Below are positions 48,303-58,593 of a stretch of DNA of 64,000 nucleotides, one piece after another. The notes below the pieces were generated by a model. It ran no database searches. It was given only the letters and a program-made list of their open reading frames with translations, and was not told where the DNA came from. The stretch covers positions 1,440,001 to 1,504,000 of the forward strand of contig CAVOFT010000001.1 of assembly GCA_963695095.1 (NCBI GenBank). Direction: 5' to 3'. Position 1 is the stretch's first letter. Every line of letters begins with the position of its first letter. The DNA is from an uncultured bacterium (GTDB lineage Bacteria > Krumholzibacteriota > Krumholzibacteriia > JACNKJ01). The position numbers and the translations under genes were made by a program.

Positions 48303-50495
48303 ATGGCCAGCCCCTCCCGCCAGCATCTTGCGCTCCCGTCCCGCCTCTGTGCGCAGGGGCTGCTCCTGGCCGCCCTCGCCCTCGCTTGGCCCGGCAGCGC
48401 CCGCGCCCTGGACGGCAAGCTCGGCTTCCGCCAGAGCCAGCAGGATGGCGGTTTCGGCGCTCAGGACTACAGCCTGCAGGTGATCACCCGCGATGCCTAC
48501 GCCCAGCAGCTGGTGGGCCTCTGGCCGGGCCTGTCCCTGCGCCTGGAGGCCCAGGTCCGGGATGAGGCCACGCAGAGCCGGGTCGGCGCGACGAGCTCGG
48601 CCTGGAATCAGCTCAATCGGCGCGCGGGCATGGCCCTGCGCTACGGGGACCCGCGCCTGCATCTCGAACTCCGAGCCAGCGGCCGCCGCCGGGAACAGGA
48701 GCCCGATCCCGGACCCCGTCTGAGCCAGGACCTCGGCCAGCTCGGCCTCTGGAGCCAGCTGCGGGCCGCTCGCTGGCTTCGCCTGCAGGGCAGCTGGCTC
48801 GAGACGCGGGCCTGGCGCGAGGAGGACGCCCTCGCCGACGTGGAGACCCGCGAATCCCTGCGCTCGGCCAGCGCCGAGAGTCCGCTGTCGATCGGCACCC
48901 TGCGCTACGGCTACTCCCGACAGGCCACCGAGAACCTCGCCCGCGGCAACCTGAGCGTCCACGCGAGCCACCTCGTCGGCTACGACGGCGGCTTCGGCTT
49001 CCAGGACCAGCGCGGCCGGGTGTCCCTGAGCGCCCGCGCCCGCCGCTTCCAGCAGACCCTGACCCAGAGCGAGCTGACGGGCCGCCTCCTGCTCGAACCC
49101 GCGACGGCGGGCCTGCGCATCGACGCCTCGCCGGAGGTGGACGATCCCCTCGAGGAGCCCCTGAGCCTGGTGCCGGCGCTCATCGATCTGGATCGCCGCA
49201 GCGCCACGGTGGTCGATCTGGGCGACGATGCGCCCGTCGGCCTGCAGCTCGGCGGCGACTACCGGAACCTGCAAATCGATCTCGGCGCGCCCACTGCCGT
49301 GGCGGCGGTGCTGCTCTACGTGGACCGCCGTCCCACCGCGCCCCAGCTCATGCAGTGGAGCCTCTACGTGGCCGAGGATCCCGAGGGCCGCCTCTGGACC
49401 CGCCACGAGGCAGCCAGCGCGAGCGCCCGCTATCGAGACTGGGACGAGGACCTTCAGGGCTGGGAGTTCACCTTGCCGGGCGAGCTCGTCCTGCGCCACT
49501 TCAAGCTCGTCAATGCGAAGCTGGGACCGGTGGAGCCCGAGCTGCGGGTCACCGAGATCGAGGCCTACACCGCGGAGACCTTGCCCGCCGGCGAGCGCCA
49601 GGAGACGAGCGACAGCCAGCGCCTGCAGGCGGGCCTCGACTACCGGCTCAGCCAGGACTGGCGCGTACGGGCGGACCTCGCGCTTCGTCTGCGCAACTAC
49701 GCGACGGGGCGGGCGGACCAGGACGATCGCAGCGAGGGCCTGGGTCTCTTCTGGGCCCGGGACGTTTGGTCCGCCGCCGGTCGGCTGGAATGGCGCCGTC
49801 TCGAGAGCGGCGGCCAGCTCGACAGCGACGTCGACACGCGCAGCCTTTCGCTGCGGCGGCGGCTGGCGGGCCGCCACGCCCTCAGCCTGCACCTCGATCA
49901 GCTGGCGGACCGGGGCCGCGGCGCCGATCGCCGGTCCCGGACGATCAGCCTGGGCAGCGAGTGGCAGTTCGCCCCCGGCCTGCGCCTGGATCAGCGGCTG
50001 AGCCACGGCTGGCTGCGCGACGAGGGGCAGAGCTTGAGCTCGCGCTCGCTCACCTCCTACACGGCCCTGCACAGCGTGCCCTTCAGCTGGCTCTTCCTGG
50101 AACTCAGCCGCGTGGATCGCTGGGTGGAGCGGGAGGCGGGCTACGGCTACTCGCGCTTCAACGACACGACGCTCACCCTCGGCTGGACGCCGGTGCCGCT
50201 GATCAGCCTGCGCAGCCACGTCGTCTACCAGGACCGCGGCAGCGGCGAGTGGCTGGTCAACCACAGCCTGGCGTGGACGCCCCTGCCGGGCGGGGACCTG
50301 TCTCTGCGTTTGAACGCCAGCCAGTTCTCTGATACTCGTGTAGATTCCCGCCAGAACGGCGCGGGCGCGACGCTGGCCTGGACGCCGCGCCCGCGGCTGC
50401 TCCTGGAGACCGGCGTGGACGCTCAGCGCTATCGGCGCCCGGAGGGCGTCAGCTCGCCGGTGAACGGCTTCGTGAAGGGCAGCCTCGCCTTCTGA
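48303..50495 (+). CDS. Large outer-membrane beta-barrel with internal discoidin-like insertion
   Basis: Signal peptide ending SARA; amphipathic Arg/Ser/Trp-rich strands; C-terminal Phe (GSLAF); internal IDLG..AV..V.LY...HFKLV...LRVTEIEAY. Confidence 0.7.
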   Translation: MASPSRQHLALPSRLCAQGLLLAALALAWPGSARALDGKLGFRQSQQDGGFGAQDYSLQVITRDAYAQQLVGLWPGLSLRLEAQVRDEATQSRVGATSSAWNQLNRRAGMALRYGDPRLHLELRASGRRREQEPDPGPRLSQDLGQLGLWSQLRAARWLRLQGSWLETRAWREEDALADVETRESLRSASAESPLSIGTLRYGYSRQATENLARGNLSVHASHLVGYDGGFGFQDQRGRVSLSARARRFQQTLTQSELTGRLLLEPATAGLRIDASPEVDDPLEEPLSLVPALIDLDRRSATVVDLGDDAPVGLQLGGDYRNLQIDLGAPTAVAAVLLYVDRRPTAPQLMQWSLYVAEDPEGRLWTRHEAASASARYRDWDEDLQGWEFTLPGELVLRHFKLVNAKLGPVEPELRVTEIEAYTAETLPAGERQETSDSQRLQAGLDYRLSQDWRVRADLALRLRNYATGRADQDDRSEGLGLFWARDVWSAAGRLEWRRLESGGQLDSDVDTRSLSLRRRLAGRHALSLHLDQLADRGRGADRRSRTISLGSEWQFAPGLRLDQRLSHGWLRDEGQSLSSRSLTSYTALHSVPFSWLFLELSRVDRWVEREAGYGYSRFNDTTLTLGWTPVPLISLRSHVVYQDRGSGEWLVNHSLAWTPLPGGDLSLRLNASQFSDTRVDSRQNGAGATLAWTPRPRLLLETGVDAQRYRRPEGVSSPVNGFVKGSLAF

Positions 50496-50521
50496 GGCGG
50501 GCCCCTGGCAAGGAGAGTCAG

Positions 50522-51154
50522 ATGATGGCATGTGAAGGGCGCGAGAAGGGCCGACCGGCCAGGGCAGGGCGCGCGCAGCCGGCAGGCGGCCGCCTGCTGC
50601 CGAGCCTGCTCCTGCTCGTGGGCCTCGCGTCGGCGCTGGGCGCCTGCGCGGCCTCCGTGACGAGCTACCAGCATCCCGGGGTGGATCTGAGCCACGTCCG
50701 GCGCGTGGCCGTGCTGCCCTTCGCCAACCTCAGCGGCGACGAGTTCGCCGATGAGCGGATCGCCTCGCTCTTCCTCACGCGCCTCTTGCGCGCCCAGGTG
50801 GTGGAAGTCGTGGAGGCGGGCGCCGTGCGCGAGGCGCTCATCGCCCAGCGCTTGAGCGCCGGCGCGATCGCCACGCCCGAGCAGCTGGTCGCCCTGGGCG
50901 CCGCCCTGGGCGTGGATGGGCTCTTCGGCGGCACCGTCGAGGAATGCGGCCTGCTGCGCAGCAACCGCGAGTCCCTCAGCCAGGTCACCCTGAGCTTCAC
51001 CCTGACGGAGACCCAGCACGGGGTGCTGGTCTGGCGCGCCCAGACCCACGCCTCGAGCGCCTCCTTCTGGCGCCGGCTCTTCGGCACCGAGGCGCGCTCC
51101 CTGCACGCGGTCAGCGCGGAGGCCGTGGACCGCGCCCTGGGCACCCTGTTTTGA
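50522..51154 (+). CDS. Lipoprotein, GNA1162/DUF799 (CsgG-like) family
   Basis: Lipobox LGAC; VRRVAVLPFANLS, LG..LGVDGL..GTV.E.G, G.LVW. Confidence 0.7.
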   Translation: MMACEGREKGRPARAGRAQPAGGRLLPSLLLLVGLASALGACAASVTSYQHPGVDLSHVRRVAVLPFANLSGDEFADERIASLFLTRLLRAQVVEVVEAGAVREALIAQRLSAGAIATPEQLVALGAALGVDGLFGGTVEECGLLRSNRESLSQVTLSFTLTETQHGVLVWRAQTHASSASFWRRLFGTEARSLHAVSAEAVDRALGTLF

Positions 51155-52260
51155 GCCTGCGCGCCGGCATCCTGCTCCTCGCGGCGCTGCTGATGGCGCC
51201 CGCCCTGACGGCGCCCGCTCCAGCGGCTGCCGAGACCGGCGGGCTGCCCGCAGCGGCGCTGGTTCTCTTCCTGGACGCGGAGAGCGACGCGGCCCTGCCG
51301 GCGGCGCCGGCTCTCCTGCGCGAAACGGCCCGACAGGCGCTGGTGGCGGCCCTGGCCGCCCCGGGCCGGCGCCTGTGCGCCGGTGACGAGGTGGAGGGCT
51401 TGCTTGCCGACGCGCGCGTGCGCTCGCGCCGCGGACTGAGCCGCGAGGTCGTGGCGGCACTCGGCGAGCGCTGCGGCGCCGAGCAGGTCATCATCGCGCG
51501 CCTGGCCTGCGGCCAGGGCAAGCTCTTCCTCGCCCTGCGCGGCCTCGCGGCCGCCGACGGCCGCCTGCTCCAGGTTGCCGTCGCCGAGCAGGACCTCGCC
51601 GGCGGCGAGGACTGGCGGCGGGCCATCGGCGATGCCAGCCTCGAGCTCGCGGCCCGCTGGCAGGAGCCGGCGCCGGATGCCGCCGCGGCCGGCCTCCTGG
51701 TGCTGCCCGCGCGGGGGCCGGGCGTCGATCCCCTGCTCCTGTCGCTCGTCGAGGAGAGCCTGCTCGCGGAACTCCTCGCCCAGGGGCGCTGGCGCATTCC
51801 CGATCCGGCCCTGCTGGTCAGCGCGCTGCGGCAGGCCGGCATCCATCCGGCCAGCATCGGTGCCGCGAGCCGGCGCGCCCTGGCCGCCGAGCTGGGCGCC
51901 GAGTCCCTGCTGCGTCTGAGCGTGAGCGAGTACGAGGCCGGCCTGCCCGGCGCCGGGCTGCGCGGCGCCGGCAGCGGGGACATCGCGGACGAGGACGGGC
52001 GGCGCGGTAGCGCTTCCCGGCGCCCGGGAGCCTCGCCGGCCGCGCGGCAGATCGGTCGGCCGCTCCTGGCGACCCTGGAGCTCGTGAGCGCGGAGAGCGG
52101 ACTGCTCGGCCTGGCCGCCGAGCAGTACCTGCCGGCGCTGTCGCTGCGCGGGAGCTTCGGCCGTGCGCGGCGGCTGCCCTGGGCCGCGCGCTGCGCGGAG
52201 TTGACTGCACCCCTGGCCGCCGCCTTCGCCGTCGCCAGCGCCCCCGGGGGGCAGCCATGA
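51151..52260 (+). CDS. Exported protein with two CsgG/TolB-N-like alpha/beta domains
   Basis: TTG overlapping upstream TGA; signal peptide; twice-repeated L...GAE pattern (LGERCGAEQVI, LAAELGAESLL). Confidence 0.5.
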   Translation: MSLRAGILLLAALLMAPALTAPAPAAAETGGLPAAALVLFLDAESDAALPAAPALLRETARQALVAALAAPGRRLCAGDEVEGLLADARVRSRRGLSREVVAALGERCGAEQVIIARLACGQGKLFLALRGLAAADGRLLQVAVAEQDLAGGEDWRRAIGDASLELAARWQEPAPDAAAAGLLVLPARGPGVDPLLLSLVEESLLAELLAQGRWRIPDPALLVSALRQAGIHPASIGAASRRALAAELGAESLLRLSVSEYEAGLPGAGLRGAGSGDIADEDGRRGSASRRPGASPAARQIGRPLLATLELVSAESGLLGLAAEQYLPALSLRGSFGRARRLPWAARCAELTAPLAAAFAVASAPGGQP

Positions 52261-52316
52261 AGCCGAGGCCCGCCCGCGGCCCCTGCCCGAAACTGCGCAC
52301 GAGAAAGGTAAGCGGC

Positions 52317-54036
52317 ATGCTCAAGCGCTCCCCGCCTGTCCCGCCTGCTGCCCGCAGCCTCCCTGCTGGCGCTGCTCCTGTCCCTGGCCGCGGCGCCCGC
52401 TCCGCAGGACGGCGACGAGCGGCTGCTCGCCTGGGTCAACGGCGAGGCGATCACCCTCGACGATCTCGAGGCGGAGCTGAAGCGGCTGCCGGCGCCGGAT
52501 AGCGCCGCCACGCCGCCCGCGGCCACCGCCGTGCTCCGGCGGCTCGTGCAGGATCGGCTGCTGGAGCAGGAGGGCTATCGCATCGGCGCCGATGGCGAGC
52601 CCGCCGTGCGCAACCAGGTGCAGGATCTCCTGCGCCTGCGCAGCGTGGTCGCGCTGCTGGACTCGATCTCCGCGCCGGGCGCCGAGGAGGGCGCTGCCGA
52701 ACTGGACAGCCTGATGAGCAAGGAGAGCCGGCTCATGCATCTGGCACACATCCTCGTGGCCGAGGAAGGCACCTCCCGCGCCTTGCTGGACAGCCTGGCC
52801 GCCGGCCTGCCCTTCGCGGACCTGGCGCGCCGTCACTCCACCGACGGCAATGCGGCCCGCGGCGGGGATCTCGGCTGGGCGGCCGCAGGCGCCTATGTCC
52901 CCGAGTTCGAAACCGCGCTGGCGCCGCTGGCGCCGGGCGAGGTGTCCGGTCCCGTGCGCACGGAGTTCGGCTGGCACCTGATCAAGCTGCTCGAGGTCCG
53001 CAGCGAGACGGTGGGCCAGTCGCCCGCCATGCGCGAGGCCATGCACAAGACCCTCGAGCGCGAGCAGCGCATGGCCGCCGTGCGCGACTACGTGGCCGGG
53101 CTCCGGGCGCGCTACGGCGTCGCCGTCGACGACTCGCTGCTGGCGAGCCTCGACTTCGGCAGCGAAGACCCGGCGGTTCAGGCCGGCCTGCGCGAGAGCG
53201 ACGCAACGCTGGCCGTGCTGCCCACGGGGCGGCTCACCGTGCAGGGCCTCTACCGGCAGCTCATCTTCAAGTACTTCCACGGGCTGGCCGGGCGCCCCGA
53301 GGCCGCCAGTCTGCGCGACAGGGTCTTCCGCGAGTGGGTGGACGAGGCGCTGCTCAGCCACGAGGCCCGCATCCTGGGCCTGCCCGAGCGGCCGGCGCTC
53401 CGCGCCGAGGCGAAGCGCCTGGAGCGCTCGCTGCTCCGCGAAGAAGTCCTGAAGACCCTGCTGCTCGGCCTCTCGACCGCGGCGCCCGCGGAGGCGGAGC
53501 TGACGGCCTTCTACGCCGCCGATCCCGGCCGCTTCGCCGCGCCGGCGCGCGTCAAGCTGCGCAGCTTGCGCTTCGCCGCGCCCGAGAGCGCCCAGGGCTT
53601 TCGCGCAAAGCTCGAACAGGGAGCCCAGTTCAGCTGGCTCGCCGCGCGCGACCCCGCCGTGCTGGCCGGGCCGCCGCCCTTCGGCGAGGACTGGCTGGAC
53701 CCGGCGACCCTCGACCTGCCGGCTGCAGAGCTCGTGGAGGGGGCCGTGCTGGGTCCGCTCGCCCTCGAGGAGGGCTGGGCGCTGATCCTGGTCCAGGCCC
53801 GCGAGCGGGTGGAGCCGCCGCCCTTCGCCAGCTGCCGCGCCGAGGTCCTGGCGGCCTATCAGCGGGAGCAGAAGCAGGAGGCCATCCGCCGCGCGCTGAA
53901 TCGGCTGGAGCAGGCGGCCACGATCACGATGCTGCCGGCGGCCGAAGCGCGCGTCGCCGCGCGCCTGGCGGCACTCGGCGGGGGCGGGGCGGGCGGCAGC
54001 GGGAACGGCAATCAGCCCAGCGGAGGTCAGCACTGA
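52317..54036 (+). CDS. SurA/PrsA-like peptidyl-prolyl isomerase foldase, two parvulin domains (frameshift ~52330)
   Basis: AAAGG RBS + ATG 52317; signal peptide; LAWVNGEAIT; AHILV...FADLARRHS.D...GGDLGW...EFE.A...GEVSGPVRTEFGWHLIK; second degenerate PpiC domain. Confidence 0.85.
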
Positions 54037-57000
54037 TGAAGACGCGTGCAATCCCGGCCCAGCCCAGCGCTCGCCGCGCGGGCTTGCTCGGACTCGGGGC
54101 CCTGATCCTGCTGCTTGCCGGCATCGGGCTGCCGCGGCCCGCGGCGGCGCCGGGCAAGGGTCTGGGCTCTCGCGACTGCCTGGACTGCCACGAGGAACTC
54201 AAGCGCGAGCTCGGGCGCAAGCATGCCCACGCGCCCTTCGCCGGCAAGGACTGCGAAGCCTGCCACAAGCCGCATGGCCTCATGGGGGGCCTGATCCTGA
54301 AGACCGAGATCAATACGCTCTGCCTGGAGTGCCACGCCGGCGTCAAGGACGCGCGCGAGGCGGCCGTGCTGCATGGTCCCTTCGCGAAGGGCAAGTGCAC
54401 GGACTGCCACGATCCCCATGGCTCGGGCGAGGCGGGGCTCCTGCCCGGCAAGGGCGCCGGGGCCTGCACCGGCTGCCACGACGGCGCCGCCTTCACGGGC
54501 GCCACCCTGCACGCGCCCCTGCGCGACGGGGATTGCGCGGCCTGCCACGCCGGCCATGGCGCGCCCGAACCGGGCCTGCTGCGCAAGCCGGCGACGGCGC
54601 TCTGCCTGGACTGCCACGCGGCCGACCAGGCCCTGCGCAGCCGCCATGGCGGCGTGGACGTGAGCGCGGCGGCCTGTGTCAGCTGCCACGATCCCCACAG
54701 TGCCGCGACGCCGGCCCTGCTCGCCCGCTCCATTCACCCGCCGGTGGCCGACCTCGACTGCGCGAGCTGCCACGAGCTGGATGCAGCCGGCCGCGTCTCG
54801 CCGAGCGGGGATCCCGCCGCCAGCTGCGCCGCCTGCCACGACGAGGGCGAGCGGCGACCGTCGGTACCGCACCCCGCCTTCGCCGACGGCGCCTGCACGG
54901 ACTGCCATTCGCCCCACGGCAGCAGTCAGCCGGCCCTGCTCAGGGATCGTGAGGATCGGCTCTGTCTCGATTGCCACGACGACCAGGGGCGGGACTTCGC
55001 CCGCGCGCACACGCACGCGCCGGCGGCCGCAGGCCGCTGCAGCGCCTGCCACGACGCCCATGGCGCCGAGCAGCCGGCGCTGCTGCGGCAGGAACTCGGC
55101 GCGCTCTGCCGGTCCTGCCATCAGGAAGCGAGCATCACCGCGGGCCCCGGCCAGCACGAGCACAGCGCCACGGCCAGGCGCGCCTGCACGACCTGCCATG
55201 AGCCCCATGGCTCCGAGCAGCCGCAGCTGCTCAACGCCCCGGCGGGCGATCTCTGCCTGTCCTGCCACCTCAAGATCAAGTTGCTCAACGCCTCCGCGCA
55301 TCCCCATGCCGTCGTGGCCAGCGGCGACTGCCTCGCCTGCCACGAAGCGCACGTGGGCACGACGAGCGCGCTGCTCAAGGCGGCGCCGGGCACGCTCTGC
55401 CTGAGCTGCCATGCCGACTTCGCCCAGGCGCCGGCGGGGGGCAGCGTGCATCCACCGGCGGCGGCGGGCGATTGCCTGGACTGCCATGAGCCCCACGGCG
55501 GCGAGCGGCCGGCCATGCTGAGCCAGGCGCCGGAGGCGCTCTGCCTCGCTTGCCACGACACCGGGGCCGGGCTGCCCGTGCCGCATGCGCCGGTGGCCGG
55601 CGGCCGCTGCACGGAATGCCACGATGCCCATCGGGCGCCCGGCCAGCACTTGCTGGCGGCGCCGCCGGCGCTGCTCTGCGCCGGCTGCCATGCGGAGACG
55701 GCGGCCAGCGAGGGCAAGGTCTCCCTGCACCCGCCGGCAGCGGCGGGCGATTGCCTGGACTGCCACCTGCCGCACGGCGGCGAGGCCAAGGGCCTGCTCA
55801 GCCAGGCGCAGCCGGCCCTCTGCTTCGATTGTCACGACGGCGGACGGCGCCGCCTTCCGCGGCGCCCACCTGGGCAGCGCGGACCCCGGCTCGCTGGACT
55901 GCATGGGCTGCCACGAGCCGCACACGGCCGCCGCGCCGGCGCTCATGCATGCCAAGGCGCACCCACCCTTCGCCGATCGCGACTGCCAGGCCTGCCACAA
56001 GGCCGGCGAGACGGCGGTGCCGCGGGGTGTCTGCCTGGACTGCCATGACGATCCCATTGCCGGCCGCAAGCACGTCCACGCACCCGTTGCCTCGGGCGAC
56101 TGCCAGGCCTGCCACAACCCCCATGCCGCCGCCGGTGAGCATCTCTTCGCAGGCAGCGTGGGGGAGAGCTGCTATGGCTGCCATGAGCCCCAGGCCCTCG
56201 CCCCGGTGCCGGCCCTCGCCCACGCGCCGCTGCGCGAGGGGCGCTGCGAGGCCTGTCACGACGGCCATGCCTCGAATCAGCCCGCGCTGCTGCGCCAGAG
56301 CGCGGGCACGCTCTGCCTGAGCTGCCATGCCGAGCTGGGGGACCCGGCTCAGGGCAAGGCCCATGCGCCCGTGGCCCGGGGCGATTGCAGCGTCTGCCAC
56401 GACGCCCACGGCAGCGCGGAGCCGGCCATGCTGAAGAGGGCGCTGCCCGGACTCTGCCTGGACTGCCATAAACTCGGCGCCGCGGGGATGTCCACCGCCC
56501 ATCGCGGCTTCGATCTCGCGGGTGCGGACTGCGCCGGTTGCCACGAGCCCCACCGCTCCCGGCTACCCGCCCTGGGCCGGCAGGGCTCCGTCCACACGCC
56601 CTACGCCGAGAGGCGCTGCGCCGACTGCCATGCCGGGAGCAAGGCGCCGGCGAAGCCCGAGCGGGAACTCTGCCTGGGTTGCCACCGCAGCCTCGGCGAG
56701 GAATTGAAGACGGGCCGCGTGCATCCGGCGCTCGAGCAGGGGGCGGCTTGCAGCAACTGCCATGTACCGCACGCTGCCGCCCAGCCCTGGCTGCTAGCCA
56801 AGGAGCAGGGCGCGCTCTGCGGCCGCTGCCATGCGGAGCAGCAGGACGCCCTGGCGAGCGCGGCTTTCGCGCACCCGCCCGGACCCCGGGGGCTCTGCGC
56901 AAGCTGTCACGACCCCCATGCCGAATCCACCGAGCAGCTGGGACCGACGCCCGAGCTCTGCAGCAAGTGCCACGATTTCAGCAAGCACGTGAGCCATCCG

Positions 57001-57156
57001 CTGGGCGCCGGCGTGCTCGACCCGCGCACTGGCGAGGAGCTGGGCTGTCTGAGCTGCCACGCCGCCCACGGCTCCGTCCAGAAGTACTTCCTCCTGGACG
57101 ACCCGCACGGACGGCTCTGCGTGCAGTGCCACACGGACAAGATCCGCAGCCGCTAG
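54036..57156 (+). CDS. Giant multiheme c-type cytochrome, 42 CxxCH (doubled-CxxCH repeats), ~1039 aa; one inserted base ~55840
   Basis: Signal peptide; 24 CxxCH counted before 55840 and 18 after in the +1 frame; repeat unit HxP..G.CxxCHxPH....LL.....LCxxCH. Confidence 0.9.
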
Positions 57157-57185
57157 GGCGGAAGCGTTCGAACGATCGTACCCAA

Positions 57186-57214
57186 AGGGCCGCCTCCATC
57201 CCGGGGGCGGCCCT
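57186..57214 (+). terminator. Hairpin after the giant cytochrome
   Basis: AGGGCCGCCTCC-ATCCC-GGGGGCGGCCCT; weak U tract. Confidence 0.5.
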
Positions 57215-57279
57215 CCCTATTAGCGCCGCAGCCCGGCTGCCTGGGGCCGGCGCGGGCACTTGCGCGGGTCTTCAGTGTC

Positions 57280-57400
57280 GTTTCATGATTCGTAAACTAT
57301 GTAATTTCAACGAACTGAATTATCGACCGAAGTGAGAGAATATGGATCCAAGATTAGATGATGTTCTTGACCGATATGATGTGAATTAGGTAACATACAT
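57280..57400 (+). promoter_or_regulatory. AT-rich regulatory region/promoter of the NHL-omcS-like unit
   Basis: Markedly AT-rich ~120 bp; TTGACC-N18-TAACAT at 57367-57396. Confidence 0.6.
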
Positions 57401-57450
57401 ACCGGTCAGCGACGCTAACCCGCGCTGGTCCGAGGCACCGAGTACCGCGC

Positions 57451-58583
57451 ATGGAGTCCAGGCCGATGTCCAGCCGATCCATTGCTCGCCTGCTGCTCGT
57501 CCTCATCCAGGTTCCGCTCATCGCGATGCCCGCGGCAGCCACCTGGGTGATGGACTACGCGGGACAACTGTCACCGAATTTTCACGAGCAGGCCTGCAAG
57601 CGGCCCGTCGGGGTGAGCTACGCGCCGACGGGCGATGAAGCTCTGCGTCACCGATGCCGGCGAGCGCAGCCTGCGCGTCTACTCGGGCGAGGGCATCTTC
57701 ACCTTCGCGACCGGGGGCGTGGCCGAACTCGCACAGCCCGGCGACGCCCTGCTCGACGCGATGGGCGGCTTCGTGCTTCTGGACAGCCACAGCGGGCTCG
57801 GCCGCACCCTGCGCCGGCTGGACTATCGCGGCGAGCCGCAGGCCTTCAGCGTCGAGCGCCCCCGCGCGGACTGGAGTCCCCAGCATCTTCTGCTCACTCG
57901 CGACGGCGGCCTGGTGACCGTGGACAACGCGCACCGGCTGCTGTGCAAGCACGACGGCGCCAGCGGCGCCCTGCTCTGGAGCCGCGAGAGTTGTCGGCGG
58001 CCCCGAGGACGTAGACCGCGATCTGGGCCTGGGTCGTCCCGCTGAGACAGCCGATGGCCGCCTCTATCTGCCCAGCGGACTCCTGCACCGCGTGCTCGTG
58101 CACGACGGCGAGGGTCAGCCGCAGGGCGCGTTCGGCCGCTTCGGCTCCGCCCGCGGGCAGTTCGTCTTCCCCGTCGGCGTGGCGATCGGTCCCGAGGGCA
58201 CCGTGCTCGTGCTGGACCGCCTGCGCCATGCGATCCTGCTCTTCGATGCCGAGCAGCATTTCCTGGCCGAGTACGGCAGCTTCGGCGGCCGTCCGGGCCA
58301 GTTCTACCACCCGAACGCCATCGCCGCGATGCCCGATGGCCGCGTCGTCGTGACCCAGGGTTACCTGGGCCGCGTCCAGAGCTTCCGGCTCTACGACGCG
58401 AGCGAGCGGGCCGAGGCCGCCCACTCTGGAGCGCCGGCCTGGCCCTTCGGTCGCGAGCAAACCGTCACTCGCCACGATGTACCAAGGGGGTGCAGCCTTT
58501 CGGTGCCGGCAGCCGGCGCCAACCAAACGCATGCTATCGACTTTTTCCCGCAGTGTCTCCTAGTCCTGAACCCAACATCATGA
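57451..58583 (+). CDS. Secreted NHL-repeat beta-propeller protein (frameshifts ~57640, ~57990, ~58015)
   Basis: Signal peptide; P.GV...LCVTD; FGRFGSARGQFVFPVGVAIGPEG.V.VLD; YGSFGGRPGQFYHPNAIA..DGRVVV.QGYLGRVQ. Confidence 0.8.
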
Positions 58584-58593
58584 GGTAACCGCA

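Noticed and set aside
55830..55850. Programmed frameshift producing short and long cytochrome forms
   Set aside because: No slippery sequence, and the same insertion type occurs in rpoD and glmS.
58440..58593. GEMM-I (c-di-GMP/cGAMP) riboswitch upstream of the omcS-like gene, as in Geobacter
   Set aside because: Only GCAAACC is present; there is no GNRA-capped P2 or GGACGCAAAGC/receptor motif.
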